64,000 nt of DNA from Phormidesmis sp. Lineage in GTDB: Bacteria > Cyanobacteriota > Cyanobacteriia > Leptolyngbyales > Leptolyngbyaceae. Positions within the stretch are counted from its first letter, which is position 1. Every line of letters starts with the position of its first letter. This document shows, piece by piece, positions 11,915 to 21,407 of this stretch. The stretch is taken from positions 1,856,001 through 1,920,000 of the forward strand of contig CBDFJR010000002.1 of assembly GCA_965248535.1 (NCBI GenBank), read 5' to 3'. Made by a program: the position numbers and the translations under genes. The notes below the pieces were generated by a model. That model made no database searches. It saw only the letters and a program-made list of their open reading frames with translations, and was not told where the DNA came from.

Positions 11915-12204
11915 GTTTAGGGTGCTCAATCGAGGGTTAATATCTGAAAAAAGGAAGCGCGGAAGTCCAAAAATACTCAGATGAACAGCGTCTTCTTGAG
12001 GTATTTTTGATCTCTTGCGCTTCCAGTCGTTTGAAGGTGCTCTAGCCATCTGCTGCGTTAGAGATTCAGAATTTGTGGGCATAAATGAACTGGGTGCCGA
12101 TCGCAGCCAAGTCTGATGCGAGCAGCATCGATTTAGCCCAGCGCTGGCTCAGTCAGACGGCAATTGATGAGTCACCCTAACGGTCTACCGCATGAAAAAA
12201 GCCA

Positions 12205-12594
12205 ATGGTTTACACGGAGCAGCAGGCAATTGACATGGAGCAAATCACGCACATCACCCCAGACGGAACAACCGTCATTATTCTTCAGCCGACGGGCCGC
12301 TTAGATATCACCACTGCCTGGCAGTTTCGATTGAAGCTCCAAGAATGTATCGCCAAATTAAGCCGTCATGTAGTCGTCAATCTGGGTCAGGTTAATTTTA
12401 TTGATAGCTCTGGCTTAACCTCGCTGGTCGCTGGAATGCGCGATGCTGACAAAGTGAGAGGTAGTTTTCGGATTTGCAACGTTCACCCCGAAGCAAAACT
12501 CGTCTTTGAGGTGACGATGATGGACTCGGTGTTTGAGATTTTTGAAACCGAAGCCGAAGCGCTAGAGGGAGTTCCGAAAGGAGTCGCAAGCTAA
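12205..12594 (+). CDS. STAS-domain anti-sigma factor antagonist
   Basis: GRLDITTA, VNFIDSSGLTSLV; start may be 12235. Confidence 0.9.
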   Translation: MVYTEQQAIDMEQITHITPDGTTVIILQPTGRLDITTAWQFRLKLQECIAKLSRHVVVNLGQVNFIDSSGLTSLVAGMRDADKVRGSFRICNVHPEAKLVFEVTMMDSVFEIFETEAEALEGVPKGVAS

Positions 12595-12601
12595 AAAACT
12601 C

Positions 12602-13192
12602 CTAATAGGCTTGGCGTTTTGTAAATTCATAAGCACCCAAAATTGCCCCCCACAAGGCCTTGCCTGAGACGGGATCAACGCCTTTGTCGTAGCTCAAAAA
12701 CTTCTCAGCACTCGCGTCAAACCCCAAGGAGACTTGGCGAGTTTCACCCTGGTAGGAGAAGCAGCAGCGCGCATCGGCAGGGGGCAACGCCTTGAAGTGA
12801 CTGCCCTGCAAACCTTTTGTGTGCACCACATTGAGAATGCAGCCTGGCAAAACCTCGATCTGATCTTCGGTGAGAGTTTCTAACAGGTCTGGGTGTTGCC
12901 CGGCCCCGCGAAATGCTGAAGGATTTTTGAACTGATAATATTGCACCTTTAGAGCAGCCTGAGGGTCATTTTCCGTTGCCTGAATGCGGAGTAATCGCTG
13001 GCGGTAGGCTTGATCTAGCTGCAACACATTGGCTTGTTCGGCAAACACGGTGAGACTGTCGTCAGTGAAGAGCTTGACGGGGCGATGCCAGGCTCTCAGT
13101 TGCACAAACCAAGCGGGATCAGCGATCGCTTGTTCTCGATTGTCAAATTCGCCCCCCAGATAGTGAGCGAGCGTGTTGACTAAGGCATTCAT
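12602..13192 (-). CDS. cpcT: CpcT/CpeT family phycobiliprotein chromophore lyase
   Basis: GEFDNREQA..PAWFV, AEQA..YRQR, LPGC, SYDKG..WGA. Confidence 0.85.
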   Translation of the reverse strand: MNALVNTLAHYLGGEFDNREQAIADPAWFVQLRAWHRPVKLFTDDSLTVFAEQANVLQLDQAYRQRLLRIQATENDPQAALKVQYYQFKNPSAFRGAGQHPDLLETLTEDQIEVLPGCILNVVHTKGLQGSHFKALPPADARCCFSYQGETRQVSLGFDASAEKFLSYDKGVDPVSGKALWGAILGAYEFTKRQAY

Positions 13193-13234
13193 AAAAAATG
13201 GTACGATCGCAACAAGATTTACAATACTGCATCC

Positions 13235-13741
13235 TTGCCGTTTCAGATTCCTCCGCCTGCGATCGCAGACCCCACCTATCTCACTCATCGCCGCTGGATG
13301 ATTCGCGCTTTAGAACTGGCAGAAGCGGCGGGAAGTGAGGGAGATGTGCCAGTTGGGGCCGTGATTGTGAATGCCGCAGGGCAGGTGATTGCCGAAGCCC
13401 AAAATCGCCGAGAGCGTGACCACGATCCAACGGCCCATGCTGAAGTGCTGGCCCTCAGAGCGGCCGGACAGCGGCTCCAAACCTGGCATCTTAATGACTG
13501 CACGCTTTACGTCACGCTAGAACCCTGCCCGATGTGTGCAGGAGCGTTAGTTTTGGCTCGGTTGGGGCTGCTAGTCTACGGGGTTGATGACTTAAAAGCG
13601 GGGGCTGTGCGATCGGTGCTCAATGTGCCCGATAGTGCGGCTTCTAACCACCCGTTGCCTGTGCTGGGCGGCATTTTAGAATCAACCTGTCGTCAGCAAT
13701 TGCAGGACTGGTTCCGCGATCGCCGCAAAAGCTCCAGTTGA
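13235..13741 (+). CDS. tadA: tRNA adenosine(34) deaminase
   Basis: DVPVGAVIV, HAEVLALR, TLEPCPMCAG. Confidence 0.93.
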   Translation: MPFQIPPPAIADPTYLTHRRWMIRALELAEAAGSEGDVPVGAVIVNAAGQVIAEAQNRRERDHDPTAHAEVLALRAAGQRLQTWHLNDCTLYVTLEPCPMCAGALVLARLGLLVYGVDDLKAGAVRSVLNVPDSAASNHPLPVLGGILESTCRQQLQDWFRDRRKSSS

Positions 13742-13796
13742 GGTTGACAATCTTTACAAAAATCTCTCTCAAATAAGCTGGAGAATTAAACTTGTA

Positions 13797-13868
13797 AGCC
13801 CGTGATCAGGATTGAACTGATGACCTCACCCTTACCAAGGGTGTGCTCTACCACTGAGCCACACGGGC
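13797..13868 (-). tRNA. tRNA-Thr(GGT)
   Basis: Reverse complement GCCCGTGTGGCTCAGTGGTAGAGCACACCCTTGGTAAGGGTGAGGTCATCAGTTCAATCCTGATCACGGGCT folds as a cloverleaf. Confidence 0.96.
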
Positions 13869-13931
13869 GTTAGAGATATCATACACGAGAGAAACCCTAT
13901 CTTCTGTCATGTATCTCGTTTAGCCGTGGAA

Positions 13932-14013
13932 TGGGCCGGGTTGGATTTGAACCAACGTAGGCGTAGCCAGCGGATTTACAGTCCGCCCCCATTAACCACT
14001 CGGGCACCGACCC
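13932..14013 (-). tRNA. tRNA-Tyr(GTA)
   Basis: Reverse complement GGGTCGGTGCCCGAGTGGTTAATGGGGGCGGACTGTAAATCCGC...GGTTCAAATCCAACCCGGCCCA with long variable arm; typical cyanobacterial Tyr-Thr pair. Confidence 0.96.
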
Positions 14014-14080
14014 ATCACTCCACGGATATAGATAGTAGCACATCATAGGGGACGATTTGCAACAGATTAGCGGAGTTAAT

Positions 14081-15691
14081 TTAAGAACGTCTTTGGCGAA
14101 CCGCATTTACCTGCTGTCGCAACGCTGGCATCAAGAACTGGGTGAGGGTGTGGGCATCGACTCCTAGCTCCGTCCGCTCTTGGGCGGCTAGCATTCCCGC
14201 TTGAGCGTGCCACCAGGCAGAAGCCTGAATTAAATCAACGCCGATCGCGCCTGCCCTTAACTCTTCGCTGGCTTGTTTAGGAAGTTTTGCGATCGCTTGA
14301 GCTACCAGTCCACCCATCAGTCCCGTTAGCACGTCACCACTACCGCCCCGGGCCAACGCTGGAGTGCTGGCTGGGTTAATGCGAGTTGCGCCGTCAGCAT
14401 CGGCAATCACCACCCTTGCCCCTTTGAGCAGCACGATCGCGCCCGTCTGCTGGGCCGCTCTCTGAACGGCGGTCACGCGGCCCTCTGTCAGCGTCAAATC
14501 GGGAAACAATCGCTTAAACTCTCCTAGATGAGGCGTTAGCACCGTCGGAGCTTTGCGGCTCTGCAAGGTGGCGATCGTGCCCTGCTGAGACAGAATATTT
14601 AAGCCGTCTGCATCGAGGACTAATGGACATGGGCTGGCGAGGACTTGCTGGACGATCGCCCTTGCGTCAGCCGTTAACCCTGGGCCACAGGCGATCGCAT
14701 CAAACGAGGTCAGGTCAAGAGACTCAGGAAAAGCGGCGATCGCGCCTGTCGGAGTTTCGGGGCAGCCCACAATCAGCGCCTCAGGGAGTTGAGCAGAGAG
14801 CGCAGGTTTCAGCGATTCTGGGACGGCGATCGACAGCATTCCGACTCCGCTAGCCCGTGCGCCCAAACCCGCTAATAGCGCGCCCCCTGCATAGCGCTGA
14901 GAGCCACAGACCAGCAGCAGATGACCCATCTTATATTTGTGGGTGGTGGGCGGTCGTGAAAGGGGTAGGGCCGTGATCGCAGCCTCAGCCGTGCCGCGTT
15001 GAACCAGAGGATTATCGCCTACCACTGCCAACACATCGGCTAGCGGTAAGCCAAAATCTACTAACTCAGCGTGACCGACGTATTCTAAGGCTTCTTCTTG
15101 CAAAAGTCCGAGTTTCCACAGCCCTAAACAAAGGGTGTGAGTCGCCCGGATAGCCGTCCCTAAAACTTTCCCGGTGTCGGTATGTAAACCAGAGGGCAAA
15201 TCAAGGCTGAGAATTGGCTGATGCCATTGATTAACCTGCTCAATCAGGGCAGCGATCGGGTCAGTCAGCGATCGTTCTAGCCCAAACCCAAACAGCCCAT
15301 CAATCAGCAAATCGCAGGGTTGCAGAACTTCGAGGGACGAATGAGCAGGTATTCCTAAACTCGTGGCGTAGCGCCAATGGCTAGCCGTGAGTTCCTTCAG
15401 GTTAGAAAAAGGACAGCACAGCATCACCTCATAGCCTTTGAAGTGCAACTCACGCGCCACAACTAGCGCATCGCCGCCATTATGCCCTGGCCCGACTAAA
15501 ACGCCGACGCGCTGAGAGGTGGAACGGGGATAAAGGGCAACGATGCGGGATGTGATCGTCAGGGCAACTTTTTCCATCAGAGCCGCGATCGGCATCCCAG
15601 CATCAAAAACGCGAGACTCGATCGCTCGCATTTGCTCTGCCGCCACGATGACGCGCTGAATCTGCTCTAGTCGGTCTTGGGGGGAGATCAC
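14081..15691 (-). CDS. nnr: Bifunctional NAD(P)H-hydrate epimerase/dehydratase
   Basis: YjeF_N (GPGHNGGDALV, DLPSG) plus carbohydrate-kinase domain (LDADGLN, LTPHLGEF, LARGGSGDVLTG). Confidence 0.93.
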   Translation of the reverse strand: MISPQDRLEQIQRVIVAAEQMRAIESRVFDAGMPIAALMEKVALTITSRIVALYPRSTSQRVGVLVGPGHNGGDALVVARELHFKGYEVMLCCPFSNLKELTASHWRYATSLGIPAHSSLEVLQPCDLLIDGLFGFGLERSLTDPIAALIEQVNQWHQPILSLDLPSGLHTDTGKVLGTAIRATHTLCLGLWKLGLLQEEALEYVGHAELVDFGLPLADVLAVVGDNPLVQRGTAEAAITALPLSRPPTTHKYKMGHLLLVCGSQRYAGGALLAGLGARASGVGMLSIAVPESLKPALSAQLPEALIVGCPETPTGAIAAFPESLDLTSFDAIACGPGLTADARAIVQQVLASPCPLVLDADGLNILSQQGTIATLQSRKAPTVLTPHLGEFKRLFPDLTLTEGRVTAVQRAAQQTGAIVLLKGARVVIADADGATRINPASTPALARGGSGDVLTGLMGGLVAQAIAKLPKQASEELRAGAIGVDLIQASAWWHAQAGMLAAQERTELGVDAHTLTQFLMPALRQQVNAVRQRRS

Positions 15692-15744
15692 GAGAGAAAT
15701 CTTGTGAGGATCTCTTTTAGGCTAACAGGGAAGTAGAGGTCAGT

Positions 15745-16551
15745 TTAACCAAATCGACCGCTCACATAAGCTTGCGTTGCCTGCTCTTGAGGGCTTTGAA
15801 AAATCACTTCGGTGCGATCGTATTCAACGATGTAGCCCGTTCTCTGACCTTTAGCATTGGCTTCGACGTTAAAGAAGGCGGTGCGATCGGAGGCGCGAGA
15901 CGCTTGCTGCATATTGTGCGTCACGATCAGAATGGTGTATTTCTCTTTGAGTTCTTGCAGCAGATCTTCAACTTTGAGGGTTGAGATCGGGTCAAGGGCA
16001 GAGCACGGCTCATCCATCAAAATCACATCGGGCTGAACGGCGATCGCGCGAGCGATGCACAACCGCTGCTGCTGTCCACCTGAGAGGTCAGTTCCCATGG
16101 CTTTGAGCTTGTCTTTGACATCATCCCAAAGCGCCGCTTGCTTGAGAGAGCGCTCGACCAACTCATCCATATCGCCCTTGTAGCCCAACAGCCGCGGGCC
16201 AAACGCAATATTGTCGTAGATGGATTTGGGAAACGGGTTTGGCTTTTGAAACACCATGCCGATCTGTCGGCGCACCTCGACGGGATCAATCTCCGTGGCG
16301 TAGAGATCTTGGTCGTGATAATAAAGCTTGCCGTCAATGTGAAACGACTTGATCAAGTCATTCAAGCGATTAAAGCAGCGCAGCACCGTGCTCTTGCCAC
16401 AGCCCGACGGGCCGATGAAGGCGGTGATGTTGTTTTTAGGAATCTCGATCGAGACATCTCTGACTGCTAAAAAACTGCCGTAATAGATGTTGAGGTTCTC
16501 AGTGCGAAACACCGTCTCGGTTTTACGAGCGCTCTGAATTTCGGAGGTCAT
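15745..16551 (-). CDS. pstB: Phosphate ABC transporter ATP-binding protein
   Basis: [36 protein letters not shown]. Confidence 0.97.
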   Translation of the reverse strand: MTSEIQSARKTETVFRTENLNIYYGSFLAVRDVSIEIPKNNITAFIGPSGCGKSTVLRCFNRLNDLIKSFHIDGKLYYHDQDLYATEIDPVEVRRQIGMVFQKPNPFPKSIYDNIAFGPRLLGYKGDMDELVERSLKQAALWDDVKDKLKAMGTDLSGGQQQRLCIARAIAVQPDVILMDEPCSALDPISTLKVEDLLQELKEKYTILIVTHNMQQASRASDRTAFFNVEANAKGQRTGYIVEYDRTEVIFQSPQEQATQAYVSGRFG

Positions 16552-16649
16552 AATAGTCAGGATGTGTAGGGGTGAACAGGGTTTAAACGCAGACTTGAGA
16601 ATTCGGACAGATCAACGCGATCGACCACTGATAGAGAAGCGCCTTAAGC

Positions 16650-17522
16650 CTATCGCTTTCTAACAATCCAGCGAGACAGAATGCTGGTTACGAGCACCAG
16701 CATCACCAACACCAAAGACCCCACCCACGCTAGCTCTTGCTGGCTTTTATAGGGGGCTGTTGCAAAGTCAAACACCAATCGAGACATTGTGGCTGTGGGT
16801 TCCCAGACCGATCTCACCCAATAGCGACTGGTGGAAGCCGTAAACAAAATGGGCGCGGTTTCTCCGGCTGCCCGCGCAAGGGCCAACATCACCCCGGTGA
16901 TAATAGCCGGAAGCGCCGCCGGAAGCACAATCTGAACCGTGGTTTGAAAGCGAGTTGCGCCCAGCCCGATCGCCGCCTGTCTAAAATCTCTGGGCACAGA
17001 CTCTAGCGATTCGGTGGCCGTCCTGACGATCGTCGGCAGCATCAACACCGCCAAAGCAAACCCACCTGCTACGGCAGAAAAGGTTCCGGTTGAGAGCACC
17101 ACGAGCGCGTAGGCAAATGCGCCAATCACGATCGAGGGCACCCCACTCAACACGTTCGTTAAAAAATTAATCGCCTCTGCCAGCTTTGTATCGCGATAAA
17201 ACTCGGCCAAAAAAATCGCCGCCAGCACCCCAAAGGGAATGCTTAAAACCGAAGCGATTCCGACCGTTAACAGAGTTCCGACGAGGGCGTTTCCAAAACC
17301 GCCTCCGCTCAGACCCGGTGCGGGCGGAAGTTGAGTAAAGACATCAAGGCTAAGACGAGAAGCCCCATTGATCAACACATAAGAGAGCACGGCCACCAGC
17401 GGAATCAGCGCCAGAGCCGCACACGCAAAGGTGACCACCGTCATCACCGATGAAAATAAGGTGCGAGGCGACATCGCCGATCGCGTCATGTTGGGTGCCG
17501 TCGCAATTTCTGAGCTTGCCAT
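16650..17522 (-). CDS. pstA: Phosphate ABC transporter permease PstA
   Basis: LSGVPSIV, ARAAGETAPILFT; operon position. Confidence 0.95.
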   Translation of the reverse strand: MASSEIATAPNMTRSAMSPRTLFSSVMTVVTFACAALALIPLVAVLSYVLINGASRLSLDVFTQLPPAPGLSGGGFGNALVGTLLTVGIASVLSIPFGVLAAIFLAEFYRDTKLAEAINFLTNVLSGVPSIVIGAFAYALVVLSTGTFSAVAGGFALAVLMLPTIVRTATESLESVPRDFRQAAIGLGATRFQTTVQIVLPAALPAIITGVMLALARAAGETAPILFTASTSRYWVRSVWEPTATMSRLVFDFATAPYKSQQELAWVGSLVLVMLVLVTSILSRWIVRKR

Positions 17523-17593
17523 AGTGAGTTAAGAGATATCAGGGTTTGGGTGCCGAGGGTTTGGATATCAGGCTTGAGTCCGTTTTCTGTTTT

Positions 17594-18544
17594 CTAAAGC
17601 TTGAGGCTAAAGCGGCGCACAATCAGTTCGGCTAGCACATTGACCACTAGAGTCAGCCCAAACAAAATCAAGGCGGCATACATCAGAGACGAGACCTGTA
17701 GCCCTCCAGCTTCGGCAAATTGGTTTGCAAGCAGCGAAGACACCGTGGAACCCTGAGACAAAATTGAGAGATTGATGGAGTTTGAGTTACCAATCACCAT
17801 GGTCACGGCCATCGTTTCGCCCATTGCTCGCCCCAAAGCCAGCATGATGCCGCCCACAATTCCAGAAAAGGCTGCCGGAAGAATCACTTGAAAAATGGTT
17901 TCCCAGCGCGTCGCCCCCAGCCCATAGGCCGCTTGACGAATTTCTGAAGGCACTGCAACTAAAGCATCTCGTGAAATCGCCGCAATGATCGGCAAGATCA
18001 TAATGGACAGAATGATCCCGGCTGCATAGATGCCCGGCCCGGCTGGGGCAGTGCTAAAGAGAGGAATCCAGCCAAAGTTGCTGTTGAGCCAGATGCCAAC
18101 GGGCCTGAGCATGGGGATCAGAACGAAGATGCCCCACAGACCATAGACCACACTGGGGATGGCTGCCAGCAACTCGATCAAAAACACGATCGGCTGCTTA
18201 AGGCGGAGAGGCAAGTAGTCTTCGCTAAGAAACAGGGCTACCCCAATGCCGATCGGGACGGCAATCAGCAAGGCCATAAACGAAGTCACTAGGGTTCCAT
18301 AGATTTGGGTTAAGGCCCCAAAGACTTCATCATTGACGCTCCAGCGAGTGGTGACTAAAAAGCCCAGCCCAAATTTTTCGATCGCCGGAAGGGCATCGGT
18401 GCCGACTCGAAAGGCGATCACCAACAAGACCAACCCGACCCCGATCGCAAACGCCCCGGTAAGCCAAACAAAGCCTTTATCTAAAAAGCGCGATGACTCC
18501 GATCGCTGCGTCGGCATTGCAGTGCGAGAAGTTGACGTAGCCAT
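17594..18544 (-). CDS. pstC: Phosphate ABC transporter permease PstC
   Basis: ELLAAIPSVVYGLWG, GRAMGETMAV. Confidence 0.95.
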   Translation of the reverse strand: MATSTSRTAMPTQRSESSRFLDKGFVWLTGAFAIGVGLVLLVIAFRVGTDALPAIEKFGLGFLVTTRWSVNDEVFGALTQIYGTLVTSFMALLIAVPIGIGVALFLSEDYLPLRLKQPIVFLIELLAAIPSVVYGLWGIFVLIPMLRPVGIWLNSNFGWIPLFSTAPAGPGIYAAGIILSIMILPIIAAISRDALVAVPSEIRQAAYGLGATRWETIFQVILPAAFSGIVGGIMLALGRAMGETMAVTMVIGNSNSINLSILSQGSTVSSLLANQFAEAGGLQVSSLMYAALILFGLTLVVNVLAELIVRRFSLKL

Positions 18545-18615
18545 AAGATCTACCGAAGGGTGAGCAAAATAGAATAAAGGTGAGGAGCAAACCAACCGTG
18601 TGAGAAGGTTGCAGA

Positions 18616-19734
18616 CTATTTAGCCGCTACCTTGATCGTATCCAACGTTGCCGAGATTTTAGTTGCTAATTCGTCAGGCAGAGGAATATAGCCCAACTCG
18701 GTTGCATATTGTTTGCCATCTTTTAAGGCCCAACGCAAGAAACTGGCCATTTCCTTGGCTTTTACAGCGTCTTTGGGTTGCTCATAAAGGAGCATCCAAG
18801 TCAAACTGACGATCGGGTAAGCGTCGGTCTGTTCAGGGTCAGGAACTTGCAGCGCATAGTCAGCAGGCACTTGAATTCCTACGATCGCTTTAGCAGCCGC
18901 ATCGGGTGTGGGAGCCACAAACGTACCCGCTTTGTTTTGCAGGGTGGCGGTTTTTAGCTGAGTCTGTTTGGCGTAAGAATATTCGGTGTATCCGATCGCG
19001 CCTTTGGTCTGCTGAATATTGGCAGAGACCCCTTCATTGCCTTTGGCCCCAGTTCCACCTGACCAGTCAACGGTTTTACCCGATCCGGCTTTCCAGTTTG
19101 GGCAAGCTTTGACGAGATGTTTTGTAAAAATGTCGGTGGTGCCACTGCCGTCAGAGCGGTGAACAAAGGTAATGGGGGTATTTGGCAACGTCACCCCTGC
19201 ATTGTCCTTGGCAATTTTGGGATCGTTCCAAGTTTTGATAGAACCGTCGGTGATGCCACAGAAGGCTTCACGAGACAATTTTAAGTTGTCAACCCCGTCG
19301 AGGTTATAAGCAAACACTACAAACAAACCCGTCGTCGGAACTTGAATCGCGGCACCGCGATCGGCGGGCAATTTGCTGCGCTCATCTGGCTTTAACACCG
19401 CGTCTGATGCGCCAAAATCAACGGTTTGATCTAAAAATCGCTTCACTCCGGCACCACTGCCTACCGAGTCATAGCTGATTTGGACGGTTGGCTTTTGCTT
19501 GTTATATTCTTGAAACCAGCGCTGATAGAGAGGGTTAGGAGCCGTCGCCCCTGCTCCGCTAATAGAAATAGTGGCACCGCCACCGGCCGCGGCAGGGCTG
19601 GCCGTCCCTCCAGTTGGGGCATTAGCTCCGGGAGGAGCAGAGGGCACTTGCGGGGCACACGAAACCAGTCCCAGAGAGAAGGCGATCGCTGGAACTGAAA
19701 ATCTCCAACAGGTTGCACTTAGAGAAAAAGCCAT
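18616..19734 (-). CDS. pstS: Phosphate ABC transporter substrate-binding lipoprotein
   Basis: Lipobox LVSC; GAGAT, SVGSGAG, VDFGASD, HRSDGSGTT, GAKGNEGV. Confidence 0.95.
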   Translation of the reverse strand: MAFSLSATCWRFSVPAIAFSLGLVSCAPQVPSAPPGANAPTGGTASPAAAGGGATISISGAGATAPNPLYQRWFQEYNKQKPTVQISYDSVGSGAGVKRFLDQTVDFGASDAVLKPDERSKLPADRGAAIQVPTTGLFVVFAYNLDGVDNLKLSREAFCGITDGSIKTWNDPKIAKDNAGVTLPNTPITFVHRSDGSGTTDIFTKHLVKACPNWKAGSGKTVDWSGGTGAKGNEGVSANIQQTKGAIGYTEYSYAKQTQLKTATLQNKAGTFVAPTPDAAAKAIVGIQVPADYALQVPDPEQTDAYPIVSLTWMLLYEQPKDAVKAKEMASFLRWALKDGKQYATELGYIPLPDELATKISATLDTIKVAAK

Positions 19735-19766
19735 AAGTTATGAACGGTCTTGTAAATAACCCTATC

Positions 19767-19799
19767 AGGTTACACCGTGACCTTAAAGACCAGGTTAAG
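19767..19799 (-). promoter_or_regulatory. Candidate SphR (Pho) box upstream of pstS
   Basis: Minus strand CTTAACCT-ggt-CTTTAAGG followed by TGTAACCT; resembles the cyanobacterial PyTTAAPyPy(T/A) repeats. A second pair, CTTAACCA-ggc-TATAAACA, lies near 20011-20029. Confidence 0.45.
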
Positions 19800-20270
19800 A
19801 CGAGCAAGAATGTGATTTTAGTGGCTGAAAAGGTTGACAGAAATCAGTTTTTTTAGACTTAAAGTTTTTGGTGGTTAGGGTTTCATTAGATACGGATGTT
19901 CCTTGACACATCAAGATCCGTATCTTGCCCAAAACTTTTTTCTGAGTGAGAGACGGGTAACTTGAGAAGTAGTTTTCATAAAATTTGCAAAACTTATAAC
20001 TTCGTCTTTATGTTTATAGCCTGGTTAAGTTAGAAGCAACAATTTGTAATTAACTCGCTGCGATTTAGATAAGTTTTGACCTCACTTTCTAATAAGAATT
20101 CATGCTTTTATCGCTAGACGAAATGCAGCGATCGTGCTTCTCTTTCAGAAAAGATTCCGTTATAATAATTTGCGAACAAGAGTTCGGCTATAGGTGCTAA
20201 TGAGATTTAGCCGTCTGCTGCATCCAAAGCACTCACCGAGTTCGCCCTCGCATCTGGTTTGGAGATAATC

Positions 20271-20567
20271 GTGACTATCTACGTTGGAAATCTGGCATTT
20301 CAGGCGACAGAAGACGACTTAAAAGAAGTTTTTGGTGAATATGGGGCGGTTAGTCGAGTCAGCTTGCCGACCGATCGTGAGACGGGCCGAAAGCGGGGCT
20401 TTGCCTTTGTTGAGATGGAAGACGAAGCCAAAGAAGATGCGGCGATCGTCGAACTTGATGGGGCAGAATGGCTCGGTCGCGAGTTAAAAGTCAACAAAGC
20501 AAAACCTAGAGAACCTCGCAGTGGAGATAGCGCTCCTAACAAGACGTTTACCAAGGCTCGCTATTAA
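20271..20567 (+). CDS. rbp: RRM RNA-binding protein (Rbp family)
   Basis: RNP2 IYVGNL, RNP1 RGFAFVEM; GTG start after GGAG. Confidence 0.93.
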   Translation: MTIYVGNLAFQATEDDLKEVFGEYGAVSRVSLPTDRETGRKRGFAFVEMEDEAKEDAAIVELDGAEWLGRELKVNKAKPREPRSGDSAPNKTFTKARY

Positions 20568-20583
20568 ACTCAACTCAACCACC

Positions 20584-20624
20584 CAAAGGGGCGCAGTGTG
20601 GGATCGCGATCATGTGCCCCTTTG
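20584..20624. terminator. Hairpin between convergent rbp and DUF937 genes
   Basis: CAAAGGGGCGCA / TGTGCCCCTTTG 12-bp stem. Confidence 0.65.
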
Positions 20625-20633
20625 AGTCGAGCC

Positions 20634-21161
20634 TTACCCGCGCTGGTTGAGAAATTGTCCTGCCATGCCCATCACATCGCCGAGATCGACCGATCCATCA
20701 TGATTGGCATCGAGAAACGTGTTCAAAACTGGGTTGCCTGCCTGAGCATTTTGCGGGTTAGAGCCACTCTGCAAAAGATTGAGCACGATCGGCACTAAAA
20801 CGGGCAACATCGCCTGAATGGTGCCTGCGTTTAGCCCCGTCTGCTGAGAAATATCGCTAGTAACCTGCTGCTGCTGATCGGGAGAAAACACAGCTTGAAC
20901 GGCATCAGGGTTGTTGCCCAAACCGCCGAACTGGCTGACGAGCGACTGCACCTGATCGCCCCCCATAGTGGACTGTTTATCTTGCAGCGACGATCGCACA
21001 TGATTGCCGAGAGCCGACAAAATCATTTGAGTCGTGCCCGAATCGACTCCGTGGCTGCTGCCCAACTGCTGCGCCATGCCGAGAATGCCCCCTAGCTGAT
21101 CGGGGTTAGCTTGTTGTTGAGGGTTTCCGACCGCACTGATAATCTGATCAAAAAGGCTCAT
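20634..21161 (-). CDS. DUF937-like protein
   Basis: MSLFDQIISAVGNPQQQ..NPVLNTFLDANHDGSVDLGD; conserved cyanobacterial family. Confidence 0.75.
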   Translation of the reverse strand: MSLFDQIISAVGNPQQQANPDQLGGILGMAQQLGSSHGVDSGTTQMILSALGNHVRSSLQDKQSTMGGDQVQSLVSQFGGLGNNPDAVQAVFSPDQQQQVTSDISQQTGLNAGTIQAMLPVLVPIVLNLLQSGSNPQNAQAGNPVLNTFLDANHDGSVDLGDVMGMAGQFLNQRG

Positions 21162-21407
21162 AGATCTTTCTCCTCTGACAGGTTTAAACAATCGTGTGCT
21201 CTAAAATGCTGGCGCTGCCGAACCAAGATTTATTTAGCCTTTAGACAATAGAAAATCCATCGTCCAAAGTCAATCTGAAAGCTGAGGTTTTGCTTAAGCT
21301 CCACCAATCTCCCGCTTTAGGGGCGTTTTGCAGAGAAGGGATGCCGCAGAATGGAGACAGGTTTTCTGCTCTGCGATCGTCCTTCTGATTGAAACTGGGT
21401 TATCTCC

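Noticed and set aside
13797..14013. Island integrated at the tRNAs
   Set aside because: No integrase or duplicated tRNA 3' end was seen; the flanks are core genes.
13897..14106. 69-aa ORF
   Set aside because: It overlaps tRNA-Tyr.
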